From an uncultured bacterium (GTDB lineage: Bacteria > Oederibacteriota > JAAXVQ01 > JAUVAV01): DNA of 64,000 nt. Where the stretch lies: contig CAVQBK010000001.1 in the NCBI GenBank assembly GCA_963710755.1, forward strand, positions 304,277 to 368,276, read 5' to 3'. The position numbers and the translations under genes were made by a program. This document shows positions 50,302 through 60,369 of the stretch, one piece after another; position 1 is the stretch's first letter; every line of letters begins with the position of its first letter. Under the pieces are notes generated by a model, which was not told the DNA's origin, searched no databases, and was given only the letters and a program-made list of their open reading frames with translations.

Positions 50302-53300
50302 TTATTCCTTATCATCCAATTCCAACATGTGTCCAATTTCATGCCCAAGAATATAGGCCTCATAGACATCAAGGTTTTTTATTCCTCTGGTCTGCGTATA
50401 AACCCGACCTGCCCCCATATTTATCGTGTGGCGGTCAAACACATATAATCCCGGCGGTGTTTGAATATAAATACCTCCGAAACTTGTTTTTGGATTTTCG
50501 CCATTTGGTAAATTAACGACTTTTGTCCAACCAGGAGCAAAAATAACATGGATGATATCGAGATCCTGGTCGTTGTTATTATACGTATAGGTTCCTTGGT
50601 TTGAGGAAAGATAACTGGTCAAATTGTTGTAGCTGATATTAGGCGCTAAGGCGATCGTTTCATTCAGATTTATCTGATTGCTTTGCGGCGATGGCGCCCA
50701 GTGTGCTTTAATCCCCGCTTTCATTAACAATTCCTTGGCTTTATCCTTAGTCTCGGTACTAGGCTCATAATTGTAGCTGCTGGTGCTGACCCAATCGATC
50801 TCAACACATAAGTCAGCAAAGGCCGGGTTAAGTTCCGGGAAATAGCTCTGCAGCTCATATTCTTCTTTATTGGTTAATCCGTCCCCCTTTTCAGTTCGTC
50901 TTGACGGCGAATTATATAATATGTCCAAATCACATTGGGCATCGTTTACATTCAAGTTGCATCCTGCCTCAGCGGTCCATTGAGGCCAGTCTTTCCAGTA
51001 TTTATATTCCCATCCATCCGGCAGGCCATCGCCATCACTATCAACTTGGGCATTATAGCCGCTCTCGCCAGGGATATAAGGCATAAACTCATGACAATCA
51101 AAAACATCTTCATTGCTGTTAAGATTGTATGTTTCAATTGTTTTATAGCCATTCTTTTCAATTTTCATTTTATAAATTCCGGTCAACGGCATGGCATTGG
51201 TTGATACAATAGCATCCACTAAAAAAGGCACCGAACTGGTTTGAATACTAATGGTTTGCGTAAAACCAGAAATTGTCAACATGGTATCAGTGCCAATTTG
51301 CGGCGGGGTGGTGACCTGGGCGCTGATTTGTTTTCTGGGAATAGTCACAGTGATCATATCGGACAAGTAAAATCGCCTTCCATCACCCGGAGGTATGGTC
51401 AATTTATTACCCGAGCTGTCGGTTAATTCCAGTTTCAAATAATAAGTTCCATTGTTAACCAACTTCTTCATTTGTTGCTGTATTATCGCGCCGCAAAAAT
51501 CAACTGTTTTAACGGTATTGATGTCCACAAATATATTATCATTGATCAGACCATATTCCGTTCCAAGACTGTCGGCTAATGACAATCTTCCCGTGCATGC
51601 CTCATTACAGCTGAAAGTAAGCCCAATAACATCTTCCAACTTATTGATGGCGTTGCGATCCAATTGGGGCGATATAATTTCCGGAGGGGTAATGTCTTTT
51701 TGAATAAAATCATCCCAGAAAGTTTGGCCGGCCAAGGGTGTTGAACCATAATTATGATCAAATTCGCCCGGCTCATCGGGCATGTAAATAGAAATGCCGT
51801 GCGCCTTGCTCAAATTTCCATTTACACTGCTTTTCCAAAATCCAATCACCGCATTGCCGAATGAAGCAATCATATCATTAACATAATTAACATGGCCAGT
51901 TAAGTACGAGGACAAATCATAAAGATCGGCATAATCGCGATCCAACAGGCTGCCGATGGATTGATTGCTTCTATGCACCGATACTTTAGCGTTGTTAATC
52001 TGGGGGTACTTGACGGAATAGACATTGTACTGATTTATTTCATTGGCAAAGTTTTTAAAAGAATTAAACAAGGACGAATTGAGATTAATAACCGTAACAG
52101 AGGCATTTGGCACATTGCCGTATTGTCCGCTGAACACATTAATAAACTGGCCGGCAAATCCTCCCGGATTGGTCAAATTGGATTTGAGGGAATTTAAAAG
52201 AGCATGATAATCAAATCCCGTTGCCGGCATGACCTCCTGGGTGGCAACCAGGTAATCCGCATTATTCCCGATGGCGGCAATGGTTTCCATATTCCCAAGT
52301 AAACTGGTGTCCAATGAAATAATATCAATTTTTTGGGATATCCCGTCCAAGGCGGTTTTTAATCCGGCCAAATCCATCTGCTGGCCGGAATCGGTTAGTA
52401 CCAGCCGCCCATTGGAAGAACCGTCGGCATCACCTATGATACCCATCCAATAATGATCTGAAGGATACCTTGTTATAAAATAATTAACGAAATTAGCCAA
52501 CCTGTCCGGGGCAGCCATGTTCACTTCAGTTACCCATGGCACTTCAATGACATTACCCTTTTCCACGTGATAAACCTTACTGTCATTGCTGCCAGTCCCA
52601 TCATACAGTACAAAAATATCCATATTTGAATCGTCCGTGACCGCGCTTTGTAGTTCCAGCACGTTATTCCACACCTCTGCCGACTTCGAATTGTCACCAG
52701 CCGCATAGAATAAGCAAGTCCATCTTTTCTTATATAAAACCTGGACTGATTTATTATCAATCGAGTGATCATCCCGTGCGGAAATATTTAGATTATTATT
52801 TCCTCTCATCAGGTTCCAAGAATAATTTATATTATACGTAAAGCTGTCAGGTTGATATGTGCGATCATTGTTATCATTTTGTTCATCATCGAATACGACC
52901 TCTTTTATATCAGAATAACCGGCGTCATTGATTGACCCTGTGATATTTACTTTATTGGTGTATACCGTATTCGAATAGGTATTGAGCGTAATGATCGGCG
53001 GTGGATCATAGGTGACAGTTAATGTCGGCGAGGTTGTGCTGTAACCGGCATAATCATAGGCAATTGATTTTAGTGTGTTTGAACCAATATCCAAGCTGAG
53101 ATTATAGCTGAAATCCCCGCCACCCTCATAGAAAATGATCGAGGTTATAAATCCATTGTTTCGATATATATTGAGATAACTGATTCCGGAAGATGTGTCA
53201 CTCGCCATCCCTTGATAGGCGATGATCTGAGAATTAACAACTGCATTATTGGATGGGGATGAAATTGTCAAGGAAGGCGCATTCAGATCAACGCCTACCA

Positions 53301-53838
53301 CGTCTGCATCATCGTTGGTATTGCCTGCATTGTCCTCGGCTTGCAGAAAATAACCATAATCACCTTCCGGAAGATTTTGATTCAACGCCCCGGTGGGTGT
53401 CTTTTGCATAATAACGGTCCCGTTTCTCGAAAGCCTGACATCTTTCAAGCCCGACTCCGCATCTGAAGCGCTCCATGAAACATTAAAATCTTTTTTTTGC
53501 CAATAATCTGGCGGCAAAGTCAAAGAGACACTTGGCGGTGTTTGCTCAACAGTGGGCGTGAAAGTAGCAGTATTTGTTGGCGTAGGCGTAATGGTCGGGG
53601 TATATGTATTAGTTGGTGTGAGCGTAAATGTATACGTGGGGGTATTTGTCGGCGGCACGGGAGTTGCTGTTGCATCGGCAGCAAAACCAGACTTGAAAAA
53701 GACAATCTGACAGCAAACAAGCAAAACAAATGTTCTTGATATAATCTGCCGGCACACTTTCCGGCGAATTTGCCTTGTATTAATATTTAAACCACAAATG
53801 CCAAATAATAACTTTTTCATCATTATTTTTCCCCTCAC
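50302..53838 (-). CDS. Secreted multidomain protein: Thr/Pro linker, Ig-like domains, degenerate clostripain (C11) domain, DxDGDG Ca-binding motif, terminal HExxH
   Basis: KRWTCLFYAAGDN, EVNMAAP..L..F, YPSDHY, ADYLVATQE, YADLYD, HGISIYMP; VDSDGDGLPDGWE; GHEIGHMLEL. Confidence 0.8.
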   Translation of the reverse strand: MRGKIMMKKLLFGICGLNINTRQIRRKVCRQIISRTFVLLVCCQIVFFKSGFAADATATPVPPTNTPTYTFTLTPTNTYTPTITPTPTNTATFTPTVEQTPPSVSLTLPPDYWQKKDFNVSWSASDAESGLKDVRLSRNGTVIMQKTPTGALNQNLPEGDYGYFLQAEDNAGNTNDDADVVGVDLNAPSLTISSPSNNAVVNSQIIAYQGMASDTSSGISYLNIYRNNGFITSIIFYEGGGDFSYNLSLDIGSNTLKSIAYDYAGYSTTSPTLTVTYDPPPIITLNTYSNTVYTNKVNITGSINDAGYSDIKEVVFDDEQNDNNDRTYQPDSFTYNINYSWNLMRGNNNLNISARDDHSIDNKSVQVLYKKRWTCLFYAAGDNSKSAEVWNNVLELQSAVTDDSNMDIFVLYDGTGSNDSKVYHVEKGNVIEVPWVTEVNMAAPDRLANFVNYFITRYPSDHYWMGIIGDADGSSNGRLVLTDSGQQMDLAGLKTALDGISQKIDIISLDTSLLGNMETIAAIGNNADYLVATQEVMPATGFDYHALLNSLKSNLTNPGGFAGQFINVFSGQYGNVPNASVTVINLNSSLFNSFKNFANEINQYNVYSVKYPQINNAKVSVHRSNQSIGSLLDRDYADLYDLSSYLTGHVNYVNDMIASFGNAVIGFWKSSVNGNLSKAHGISIYMPDEPGEFDHNYGSTPLAGQTFWDDFIQKDITPPEIISPQLDRNAINKLEDVIGLTFSCNEACTGRLSLADSLGTEYGLINDNIFVDINTVKTVDFCGAIIQQQMKKLVNNGTYYLKLELTDSSGNKLTIPPGDGRRFYLSDMITVTIPRKQISAQVTTPPQIGTDTMLTISGFTQTISIQTSSVPFLVDAIVSTNAMPLTGIYKMKIEKNGYKTIETYNLNSNEDVFDCHEFMPYIPGESGYNAQVDSDGDGLPDGWEYKYWKDWPQWTAEAGCNLNVNDAQCDLDILYNSPSRRTEKGDGLTNKEEYELQSYFPELNPAFADLCVEIDWVSTSSYNYEPSTETKDKAKELLMKAGIKAHWAPSPQSNQINLNETIALAPNISYNNLTSYLSSNQGTYTYNNNDQDLDIIHVIFAPGWTKVVNLPNGENPKTSFGGIYIQTPPGLYVFDRHTINMGAGRVYTQTRGIKNLDVYEAYILGHEIGHMLELDDKE

Positions 53839-54157
53839 CCCTGTAACGTTTTCTCTTTTTTTCGATTATTTAGTTTCTCAAGCCGCTTGAGTCCAAGCAT
53901 GGAATTATTGTGCCATCATCCCATGCAGGAAAGTCTGTCCTGATTTCCCTCAAATCTCAACCATCTATAAAATAAATTTCCGATTCATGTTTACGCTCCT
54001 TGACGTATTAGATTAGTGCACACGTCATACTAATCTTTTCCCTAAGACACAAAAACTGATCGATACCATTCAAAATCAAAAATCGATGCAGCAAGATACC
54101 ATTTTTCAATTTAAAAATATATCACGATCCAACCTTTTTATATCGTAATCCGACCAT

Positions 54158-55425
54158 TTATTCATTTTTTTCAAGATTTTCATGTTTTTTAATGTACTGT
54201 TTAGGGGTTTGGTGGTAATGCTTCTTAAATACGTAACAAAAGTGAGCCGCGCTGCCGAAACCACATTGCAGGGCAACCGTGGTAAGGGGGTAATGATGGT
54301 TCCGCAGCAGATTTTGGGCGCTTTTCAGCCTGTACTGCGTAATGTAGTCCGTCACCGACATGCCTGTTTGCTTCCGAAAAAGCTGCGTCAGATGCGTATT
54401 GGACATGGCGGTATGTTGGGCCAGATCCTTGATGGTGATTTTCCGGGAATAATTCAGCTGAATATAGCGGACGGCTCTATTGATTCTTTGTACGGCTTTT
54501 ACTTTCTTACTCCCCTGTTCTTCCCAGTCATGCTCGCCTCGTTTGGCCATGGCATGTCTGAAAATAATGATTTCCTTTTCCCCCATTTCCATAATGGACT
54601 TCTCCAGCATCTTCCGGAGGAGAACATCCGTTTGTTGGCCCTCGTCTCGCGGGCATTCCGCTTCCAGGCAGCAATAAGGCGCATTGTACAGGCCGCCTTT
54701 TTTGAACAACAATACCCCCTCATATTTGACATCCTTTATAATCCTGGCCGCCGGAACGGGCTTATCCAATAATGGATGGGAAAAAACCATTTTCTCAGCC
54801 AGAGGTTGATGATTAAGGTATATCCAATGCTCATCTTCCGAATATTCCCAGTGAAAATCGGCATACACTTTCTTGATCATGGTTTTAAGATTGGCGCTGC
54901 AACATAATTCCCTGGTTTTACCATCCTTCAATTTGCGGTGAGTAAGAAGGGCATCTGTTATTCCGCGTACAAAATGACAGAACGTGCCCTTGGTAACTTG
55001 CAGGTAGTAGGGGTACGGCGTCATCTTGATTAAAACCTCAGTCTTGGATGTAAAAATAACTTTTACCGGCATGGCATGATGGCAGGTATTGCCGAGAAGC
55101 TCCATGCTTGCCAGTGCGGCGCGGAAAGGCATTTTTTGCAAATAGTACTTGTAGGGGGTAACATTATCGGACAAAAAAGTTTTGGCCACGTGATAGAACA
55201 CGCCAGGTGTGATCAACTTCGGCGCCTGTCTGAACAAATAGCTGAGATAATGATCGAAATCATAAACATTGAGCCAATACTGGCTAAGCGGATGGATGCC
55301 GGCCATGTCACTGAACAACTGCATGATTCCCGGCACGGGCATGGCCATTTTCTTCTGAAAATAGCCGGCAATGGCTTCCACGACGTGCTGGTGCATGCAG
55401 GGTATCTGCTTGAGCTCATCATTTG
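54158..55425 (-). CDS. AraC-family transcriptional regulator with V4R-like sensory region, probably 5'-truncated by IS66
   Basis: C-terminal double HTH (YIQLNYSRKITIKDLAQ...FRKQTG...CGF.SAAHF...TPKQY); the frame stays open upstream of Met 55396 up to the IS end. Confidence 0.85.
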
Positions 55426-55505
55426 GTAAGCGTAAAAAATAGCACAGATTTTCATTAGAAATTAATAGTGCAAAAATGCCTCATCACAATCGAGGAGGCA
55501 TCAAA

Positions 55506-55820
55506 ATGCATGAAATCAGACGTAGACAAAAGTATCAGTTTTGGAAAAAGCATCACGAGCTATGGCAAGCAAGTGGTATGACCCAGAGTGAGTATTGCCG
55601 GCATCATCATCTGACCTTTAAGACCTTCAATAATTGGATACACAAAACCCAAGCCCCGCAAACCGGGCTGATTAAATTCATGCCAATTGAAGCACCAGCT
55701 TCAACAGCATCACTCGAGATCAAAGTTGGTGATCAAATTAGCATCAAGTTAGAATCCGGCTTTAACAAAAAGTTGTTCCAGGAAATTATTAAAGCTCTTG
55801 GTGAAAGCAAATGTTCATAG
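55506..55820 (+). CDS. tnpA: IS66 accessory protein TnpA
   Basis: W...WQASGMTQSEYCRHH HTH; GAGGAGG RBS. Confidence 0.88.
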   Translation: MHEIRRRQKYQFWKKHHELWQASGMTQSEYCRHHHLTFKTFNNWIHKTQAPQTGLIKFMPIEAPASTASLEIKVGDQISIKLESGFNKKLFQEIIKALGESKCS

Positions 55821-56158
55821 AGTGGTCCAAGGTTTCCATTATCATCAAGCCGGGTGCCACTGATATGCGAAAGCATATTAATGGTTTATCGGCTATTGCT
55901 CAAAGTGAACTGGACAAGAATATTTTCAATGGTCAACTATTTATGTTTTGTAGTAAGACGCGTAAGCAGCTCAAAATATTATATTGGGATCGCAATGGAT
56001 TTTGTTTGTGGTGCAAACGTTTGGAAAAAGATAGGTTTCCCTGGCCCGATGAACCGTCGACAGGCTGGACAATCAGTACTGAACAATTACGAATGTTACT
56101 GGATGGTGTTGATTTCTTTCATACTCATCAACGATTAAATTATTCTCATGTCATGTAA
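55811..56158 (+). CDS. tnpB: IS66 accessory protein TnpB
   Basis: TDMRK.INGL, LKILYWDRNGFCLWCKRLEK.RF.WP. Confidence 0.95.
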   Translation: MFIEWSKVSIIIKPGATDMRKHINGLSAIAQSELDKNIFNGQLFMFCSKTRKQLKILYWDRNGFCLWCKRLEKDRFPWPDEPSTGWTISTEQLRMLLDGVDFFHTHQRLNYSHVM

Positions 56159-56202
56159 AAAAAGATTAGGTAGAGGTAAGGTAAATATGTTATATAAAAA
56201 GC

Positions 56203-57801
56203 ATGACAACAATTCAAACCCCTCTACCTGATCAACCTTCTAAACTCAAATCCATTATCAATGAACTGATCCTGCAAAAAGAAGATTTAGCCCATGTCAT
56301 CAAAGTAGAACAATCCCATAATAATGTACTCAAAGAAGAAATCAAATTGTTAAAGGATCGTTTGTTTGGCAAGAAAAGTGAAGTACTACGCAAGCTTGAA
56401 ATTGAGCAAGGCGATTTGTTTAATGAAGCTGAGTCTGAGGCGAGTGAAGCCGAACAGCCTGTCTTGGGTGAAATTAAAGTGCCGGCCTACAGCAGAAAAA
56501 AACCAGGGCGCAAACCTTTGCCCGATGATTTGCCACGCGAAGAAATCATTCATGACTTAACCGAAGAAGAAAAACATTGTTGTCATTGTCATAAAGCCTT
56601 ACCTGCCATGGGAGCAGATACCAGCGAAGAGTTAACCATCATACCGGAGCAAGTAAAAGTCATTCGGCATATCCGCAAGAAATACGGTGCCTGTGACTGC
56701 GACGGCACTTTCCAGGAAGAAAACCATGGTGTTAAAATAGCAGCCATGCCTGCACGAATGATTCCAGGAAGTATTGTGAGTCCCAGCTTGCTGGCTTATA
56801 CCATTACTGCCAAATATCAGGACGGGCTGCCCTTTTACCGGCAGAGCAAACAATTTGAAAGACGTGGAATAGACTTGCCAAGAGCAACCTTATGCAACTG
56901 GGCACTTAAGGCTGCGGAAAAATGTGCGCCAATGATTGAATTACTGAATGAAAAAATCAAAGCAAGCCCTTTATTACAAATAGACGAGACCAAAGTTCAG
57001 GTATTGCATGAATTCGACCGAGCAGCCAGCACACAAAGTTATATGTGGGTAAGAAGAGGTCATGCTAAAGGCAAGTTCATTGTCTTGTATCATTATTCGA
57101 CAACTCGATCAAAAGAAACAGCTCAAGCATTGCTCAAGGACTATCGAGGTTATTTGCAAAGTGATGACTATGGCGGCTACGATGAAGTAGGGAGACAAGA
57201 AGGTGTGATTCACGTTGGTTGTATGGCCCATGCCAGAAGAAAATTCATCGAGGCAAAAAAAGTCAGTAGTAATCAACCGGGACTGGCGGATGAAGCCTTA
57301 CGTTACATCCGTGAACTCTATCAGATTGAAAAAGAACTAAGGATCAAGCTGAAAGAGAAAAAGTTTTCCACCGATGAATTTGTTCGCAAGAGAAAAGATC
57401 GTGCCGGACCAATCATGTCAGTTTATCATCGCTGGTTGAAGAAACAGAAGAAAGACGTTCCACCGCAATGCAAGTTAGGCCAGGCGATCAACTATAGTTT
57501 AAATAATTGGATCAAACTAGAGCGTTATCTGGAAGCTGATTATTTAACGCCTGATAATAATCTGGTAGAAAATGCTATCCGCCCGTTTGTCATAGGTCGA
57601 AAGAATTGGTTATTCAGTAATACACCAAGAGGTGCACATGCCAGCGCTTGTTTGTATTCCATCGTTGAAACTGCTAAAGCTAATGGTTTGGAGCCTTATC
57701 ATTATTTGAATTATTTATTCACCCATTTGCCTGCTGCTAAAGATCGTGAAGAGGTTATAGCGTTATTACCGACCAAAGCAACTCTTCAAGATATAAAATA
57801 A
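56203..57801 (+). CDS. tnpC: IS66 DDE transposase TnpC
   Basis: LFGKKSE, LPFYRQ, IDET, GCMAHARRKF, DNN.VENAIRPFVIGRKNWLF, ETAKANGLEP. Confidence 0.97.
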   Translation: MTTIQTPLPDQPSKLKSIINELILQKEDLAHVIKVEQSHNNVLKEEIKLLKDRLFGKKSEVLRKLEIEQGDLFNEAESEASEAEQPVLGEIKVPAYSRKKPGRKPLPDDLPREEIIHDLTEEEKHCCHCHKALPAMGADTSEELTIIPEQVKVIRHIRKKYGACDCDGTFQEENHGVKIAAMPARMIPGSIVSPSLLAYTITAKYQDGLPFYRQSKQFERRGIDLPRATLCNWALKAAEKCAPMIELLNEKIKASPLLQIDETKVQVLHEFDRAASTQSYMWVRRGHAKGKFIVLYHYSTTRSKETAQALLKDYRGYLQSDDYGGYDEVGRQEGVIHVGCMAHARRKFIEAKKVSSNQPGLADEALRYIRELYQIEKELRIKLKEKKFSTDEFVRKRKDRAGPIMSVYHRWLKKQKKDVPPQCKLGQAINYSLNNWIKLERYLEADYLTPDNNLVENAIRPFVIGRKNWLFSNTPRGAHASACLYSIVETAKANGLEPYHYLNYLFTHLPAAKDREEVIALLPTKATLQDIK

Positions 57802-57881
57802 TCCCCTCACCCAGCCTCTCCCAAGAGGAGAGGAGTTCAGTACGTGGTAACATTTCAGAATGTGATTGTTTTGACGCTTAC

Positions 57882-58601
57882 GCTTGGTCTATTAACAATG
57901 GCAACATGTTTTATTGTGGGAAAATAGACATCACCAGGTTCTAAGCAATCTGGTCTTTGGCCATAGAAATATTGGGCATGATATTGATGAAGCAAATAAG
58001 CGAACAAACTTAGCTCGTTATCATACAAGCCAACTGTACGTGGCCTGGTATTGACAATGACAGACCAATCATTATTGTTTTTTGTTTGGGAATAGACAAC
58101 ATTCAATGTATACGGAGGATTGCAAGGCAATATTGAGGTAATATAGGGATCACTTGGATTATGGTCGTTGGAACCTTGTCCAAATACCAAGCCCCCATAA
58201 TCACGTAAGGTATGGTTTGTATTACCCTCTCCCACATATGATATGGCTCTATTATAACCACGTATATCTGCTCGAAGTCCTCCGGCAATTAAACATTGAG
58301 AAACAAAGTGGGCGCAATCTGTATAATATTTTGTTGCAGTTGCTGAAACAGGGCGAACGTAGTGGTTGTAATAGCGGGAATGATCATAAATCCCTGGTTC
58401 TGCTATATTATCTATTCCATTGTTGGTATTATGCCAAGTATTATAAATTTTCCATTTGTTTTGATTTTCTAAACTTGTTTGCCCCCACCATTCATCAGCA
58501 TAATCAATAGCGTCGTCAACCTTATAGGCGGCAGATATATTAACATTGATTAAAGCAAGCAAAGCCAATAATAAGCTAATTACAAATCTTTGACTTCTCA
58601 T
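57882..58601 (-). pseudogene. Secreted putative amidase-domain (Amidase_6, papain-like) protein, 3'-truncated by IS66
   Basis: Signal peptide; AIDYADEW, DCAHFVSQCLIAGG, LEPGDV...HVAIV; ORF 57855..58601 ends inside the IS terminal repeat. Confidence 0.8.
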
Positions 58602-58635
58602 GGAAATATTGCCTCCTACAAGCCGCCTTTATCTC

Positions 58636-59550
58636 CTACTTCATTCTCTTTTTTATTCTTTTTATTTTCATGGCTGCAATTTTTCGTACATCTGCATTGC
58701 CCGATTCCTCGGCTTTTTCCAATATTTCAAATAATTTTTTATCCATGGTGCTCATACCGGCCAGATTGGAAATAATATATTTTGCTGTAATCTGATTAAT
58801 ATCCTTACGCAAGACAGTATCTTCAAGCAGATGGTAATATGGTGCCAGACTGCTTCTATAGGTGGCATAACACATTAAGACAGCATAACTTTTTATATAA
58901 TCATTTTTAGATTTATCATTCCGCAATTGTTCTAAATAATGCTTGGCTTTTTCTTTGTCCTTCATCCGGCTAAACGGATCAAAAAAATCTACCAGTGTAT
59001 TTTCCTCGTTCATCTTTTCAATAACATCTAAAGAATATTTAAAGCCTTCTTCTTCAAATCCAAGATCTATCAATTTCGAAGCAGCTAATCCCCTGATAAA
59101 CAAATCCTCATCTGTTTCCGCGATTTTCTTGTATCCTTTTGCGATTATATCTTTGTATCTAGAGTTAGAAAGGGCATCCATTAAATCTTTTTTAGCCACC
59201 CATGATTTCTGTATTTCTATTTGATCCACTACTTCTTTAACCTCTTCTTCAGTAGGATTCATACCCATGAATTCAAAGACTGCGTCACGTTTGTCCTGAT
59301 TATTTTCATCGATTGCCCATCCTTCTTCTGATTCAGGTTGGCTCTTTATTATGGCCAATAAAAGTTTTCTTTTTTCTTCAACAGTTTTTGCTGCCTCTAC
59401 ATCCATAAAGGTATACCGCTTATTTAGTTGAGCGCTTGCTTCTCCGGTTCCTGATGCACCGCTCGTTGTCTCTGTTTTTCCTATTCCGCCAACCAAAATC
59501 ATCACAAAAATGCTTAGCATTAGAATTAACAATTTTTTTTTCGACATCAT
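58636..59550 (-). CDS. Secreted HEAT-like helical protein, candidate immunity/partner of the amidase
   Basis: Signal peptide; DEDLFIRGLAASKL; ends NADVRKIA like 47556..48293. Confidence 0.7.
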   Translation of the reverse strand: MMSKKKLLILMLSIFVMILVGGIGKTETTSGASGTGEASAQLNKRYTFMDVEAAKTVEEKRKLLLAIIKSQPESEEGWAIDENNQDKRDAVFEFMGMNPTEEEVKEVVDQIEIQKSWVAKKDLMDALSNSRYKDIIAKGYKKIAETDEDLFIRGLAASKLIDLGFEEEGFKYSLDVIEKMNEENTLVDFFDPFSRMKDKEKAKHYLEQLRNDKSKNDYIKSYAVLMCYATYRSSLAPYYHLLEDTVLRKDINQITAKYIISNLAGMSTMDKKLFEILEKAEESGNADVRKIAAMKIKRIKKRMK

Positions 59551-59769
59551 CGTCTCCTCTTTTCATCCCTGTGCCGCTTGGGGCATTGTTTTTTTCGACT
59601 CCTTTAAATCACTATTACATTTGACTGGAAAGTTTATTTTTTATTCTCTTTTTTTTATTTTTTTTATATTTTTTACTACTCAGAAAGGATGGAAATATTG
59701 GTGAGATGTGATGTAAATCGTTATACTCCAACGATTCCAAGCTATTCTTCGAACCTAAAACGCTTGCTT

Positions 59770-60369
59770 AACCACGAATTACACGAATTTCACGAATTAC
59801 ACGAATTTCACGAATTTCACGAATTAAATGCTTTAACTTAAAATGTGCTTTGAACTTATCTTGAAAATTTGCGCAATTTGCGTAATTTGCGGTTAAAACT
59901 TCTTTCATTATGTTTTTCATTCACCCTTAAAGTATTCTTTTAAATTCGTGCAATTCGTGTAATTCGTGGTTAAAACTTCTTTCATTATGTTTTTCATTCA
60001 CCCTTAAAGAATTCTTTTAAATTCGTGCAATTCGTGTAATTCGTGGTTAAAACTTCTTTCATTATGTTTTTCATTCACCCTTAAAGTATTCTTTTAAATT
60101 CGAGCAATTCGTGTAATTCGTGGTTAAAACTTCTTTCATTATGTTTTTCATTCACCCTTAAAGTATTCTTTTAAATTCGTGCAATTCGTGTAATTCGTGG
60201 TTAAAACTTCTTTCATTATGTTTTTCATTCACCCTTAAAGTATTCTTTTAAATTCGTGCAATTCGTGTAATTCGTGGTTAAAACTTCTTTCATTATGTTT
60301 TTCATTCACCCTTAAAGTATTCTTTTAAATTCGTGCAATTCGTGTAATTCGTGGTTAAAACTTCTTTCA
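59770..60369. repeat. 77-bp tandem array (six full units from 59891 plus a partial) preceded by inverted 9-bp CACGAATTx repeats
   Basis: GGTTAAAACTTC recurs at 59891, 59968, 60045, 60122, 60199, 60276 and 60353; AACCACGAATTACACGAATT at 59771 is the reverse complement of each unit end. Confidence 0.95.

Larger units (their letters stand above)
55426..57881 (+). mobile_element. IS66-family insertion sequence (2,456 bp), no target-site duplication
   Basis: Imperfect terminal IRs GTAAGCGTAAAAAATAGCACA and GTAAGCGTCAAAACAATCACA; tnpA-tnpB-tnpC; flanks ATCATTTG and GCTTGGTC differ. Confidence 0.95.
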
